Shown in pieces: positions 63,055 through 64,000 of a stretch of 64,000 nucleotides of DNA (the stretch's first letter is position 1; each line of letters begins with the position of its first letter). Under the pieces are notes generated by a model that worked only from the letters and a program-made list of their open reading frames with translations, searched no databases and was not told the DNA's origin. Both the position numbers and the translations under genes were made by a program. This DNA is from Octopus sinensis. Lineage: Eukaryota. The stretch is from contig NC_043006.1 of the NCBI RefSeq assembly GCF_006345805.1, forward strand, positions 103,726,001 through 103,790,000, given 5' to 3'.

Positions 63055-63833
63055 AATATCAGGGTAATAAAAATTATAGCAATTTTTACTACCAGTGGTC
63101 TAGCGCAAAAAATTTAGTCAAAAGACTATATATTATTCATATAAAATACCGTGTACATTAAAACACATTAAGAGGCTTCCATCATAGGAATGCCTTGCGC
63201 TAGAAATAACAGTTAAAGTCCAAGTCACTAATTAGGAATAAATTCTCGAAGGGAATGAAAAGTAAAAAAACATTTACCATCTAATTCAATTCCCGGACCA
63301 TGGTTTCTGACTTATATCAGTAAAATTAAAATTTACTGAGGTCGTCTTCTTCAGCGGGTAGCCTTAGAATAAATATACACACAGCGAGATCGATTCCGCA
63401 TGTAAACTCATTGCTTGTACATTTTAATTTTTTTCAAATCCACTGCGCAGTCGCAGTCTATTGTCGGCAACGGAGAGGATGCCGGTAAAAACTTCGAACA
63501 AATTTACCAGAAATCATTAAACATAATAAATAATATCAGGGTAATAAAAATTATAGCAATTTTTACTACCAGTAGTCTAGCGCAAAAAATTTAGTCAAAA
63601 GACTATATATTATTCATATAAAATACAGTGTACATTAAAACACATTAAGAGACTTCCATCATAGGAATGCCTTGCGCTAGAAAGAACATTTACCATCTAA
63701 TTCAATTGAATTAGATGGTAAATGTTTTTATTTTTCGTTCCCTTCGAGAATTTATCCCTAATTAGTGGCTTAGACTTTAACTGTTGTTTCTAGCGCAGGC
63801 ATTCCTATGATGGAAGCCTCTCAATGTGTTTTA
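63055..63833 (-). mobile_element. 477-bp hammerhead-bearing unit with a partial second copy and a fold-back arm (Penelope pLTR-like)
   Basis: aatatcagggtaataaaaatt occurs at 63055 and 63532. The palindrome apex caattg is at 63703-63708, and the inverted arm runs to 63833. Confidence 0.85.
63292..63358 (-). ncRNA. Type I hammerhead ribozyme with a canonical core and long stem II
   Basis: Minus strand reads cccg-CTGAAGA-a-gac..tcagtaaa/tttactga..gtc-a-GAAAC-catg-GTC-cggg, with stem III palindrome ACCATGGT. Confidence 0.8.
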
Positions 63834-63885
63834 TACATATATGTGTGTGTGTGTGTGTGTGCATATAATAAATGTTACTTTAGGG

Positions 63886-64000
63886 CAGGGCTGGCCAGCC
63901 TGAAGCCCTGGAGCCGCATGCGGCCCGCAGACTTTTATCTTGTATCCCGCTTGAAACTTTCTTGAAGTATTGCGTTTAATTTCCAAATAAATTTATTGTG
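63886..64000 (+). mobile_element. hAT (Charlie-like) transposon terminus
   Basis: cagggctggccagcctg...gagccgcatgcggcccgc, preceded by ctttaggg (a possible 8-bp target). The other end is outside the window. Confidence 0.65.

Overview
AT-rich eukaryotic DNA, saturated with microsatellites and apparently intronic or intergenic. It is most likely from an octopus: this is an inference from the extreme simple-repeat density and the tRNA-derived SINE families, not from a database search. No host protein-coding gene could be identified; only a few weak micro-exon candidates were found. The window is a mosaic of mobile DNA: (1) a full-length R4/Dong-clade RLE retrotransposon (19133-23141) stacked with two other RLE 3' ends and a non-coding element, all anchored in (TAA)n tracts; (2) four CR1-like and one RTE-like LINE fragments; (3) Tc1/mariner relics, a non-autonomous Helitron, a hAT end and a Merlin-like MITE; (4) more than 20 tRNA-derived SINE copies. 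The most unusual layer is roughly 15 short units (about 130-480 bp), flanked by microsatellites, that carry minimal type I hammerhead ribozyme motifs. They fall into several core variants: canonical, compensated U3:A8, a five-copy A6U family and a two-copy U4C family. Some show tandem terminal redundancy, and some fold back into palindromes whose apex lies within a few bases of the predicted cleavage site. These look like non-autonomous Penelope-like or retrozyme-like elements. All alignments and folds were done by eye, so boundaries are approximate unless exact motifs are quoted.
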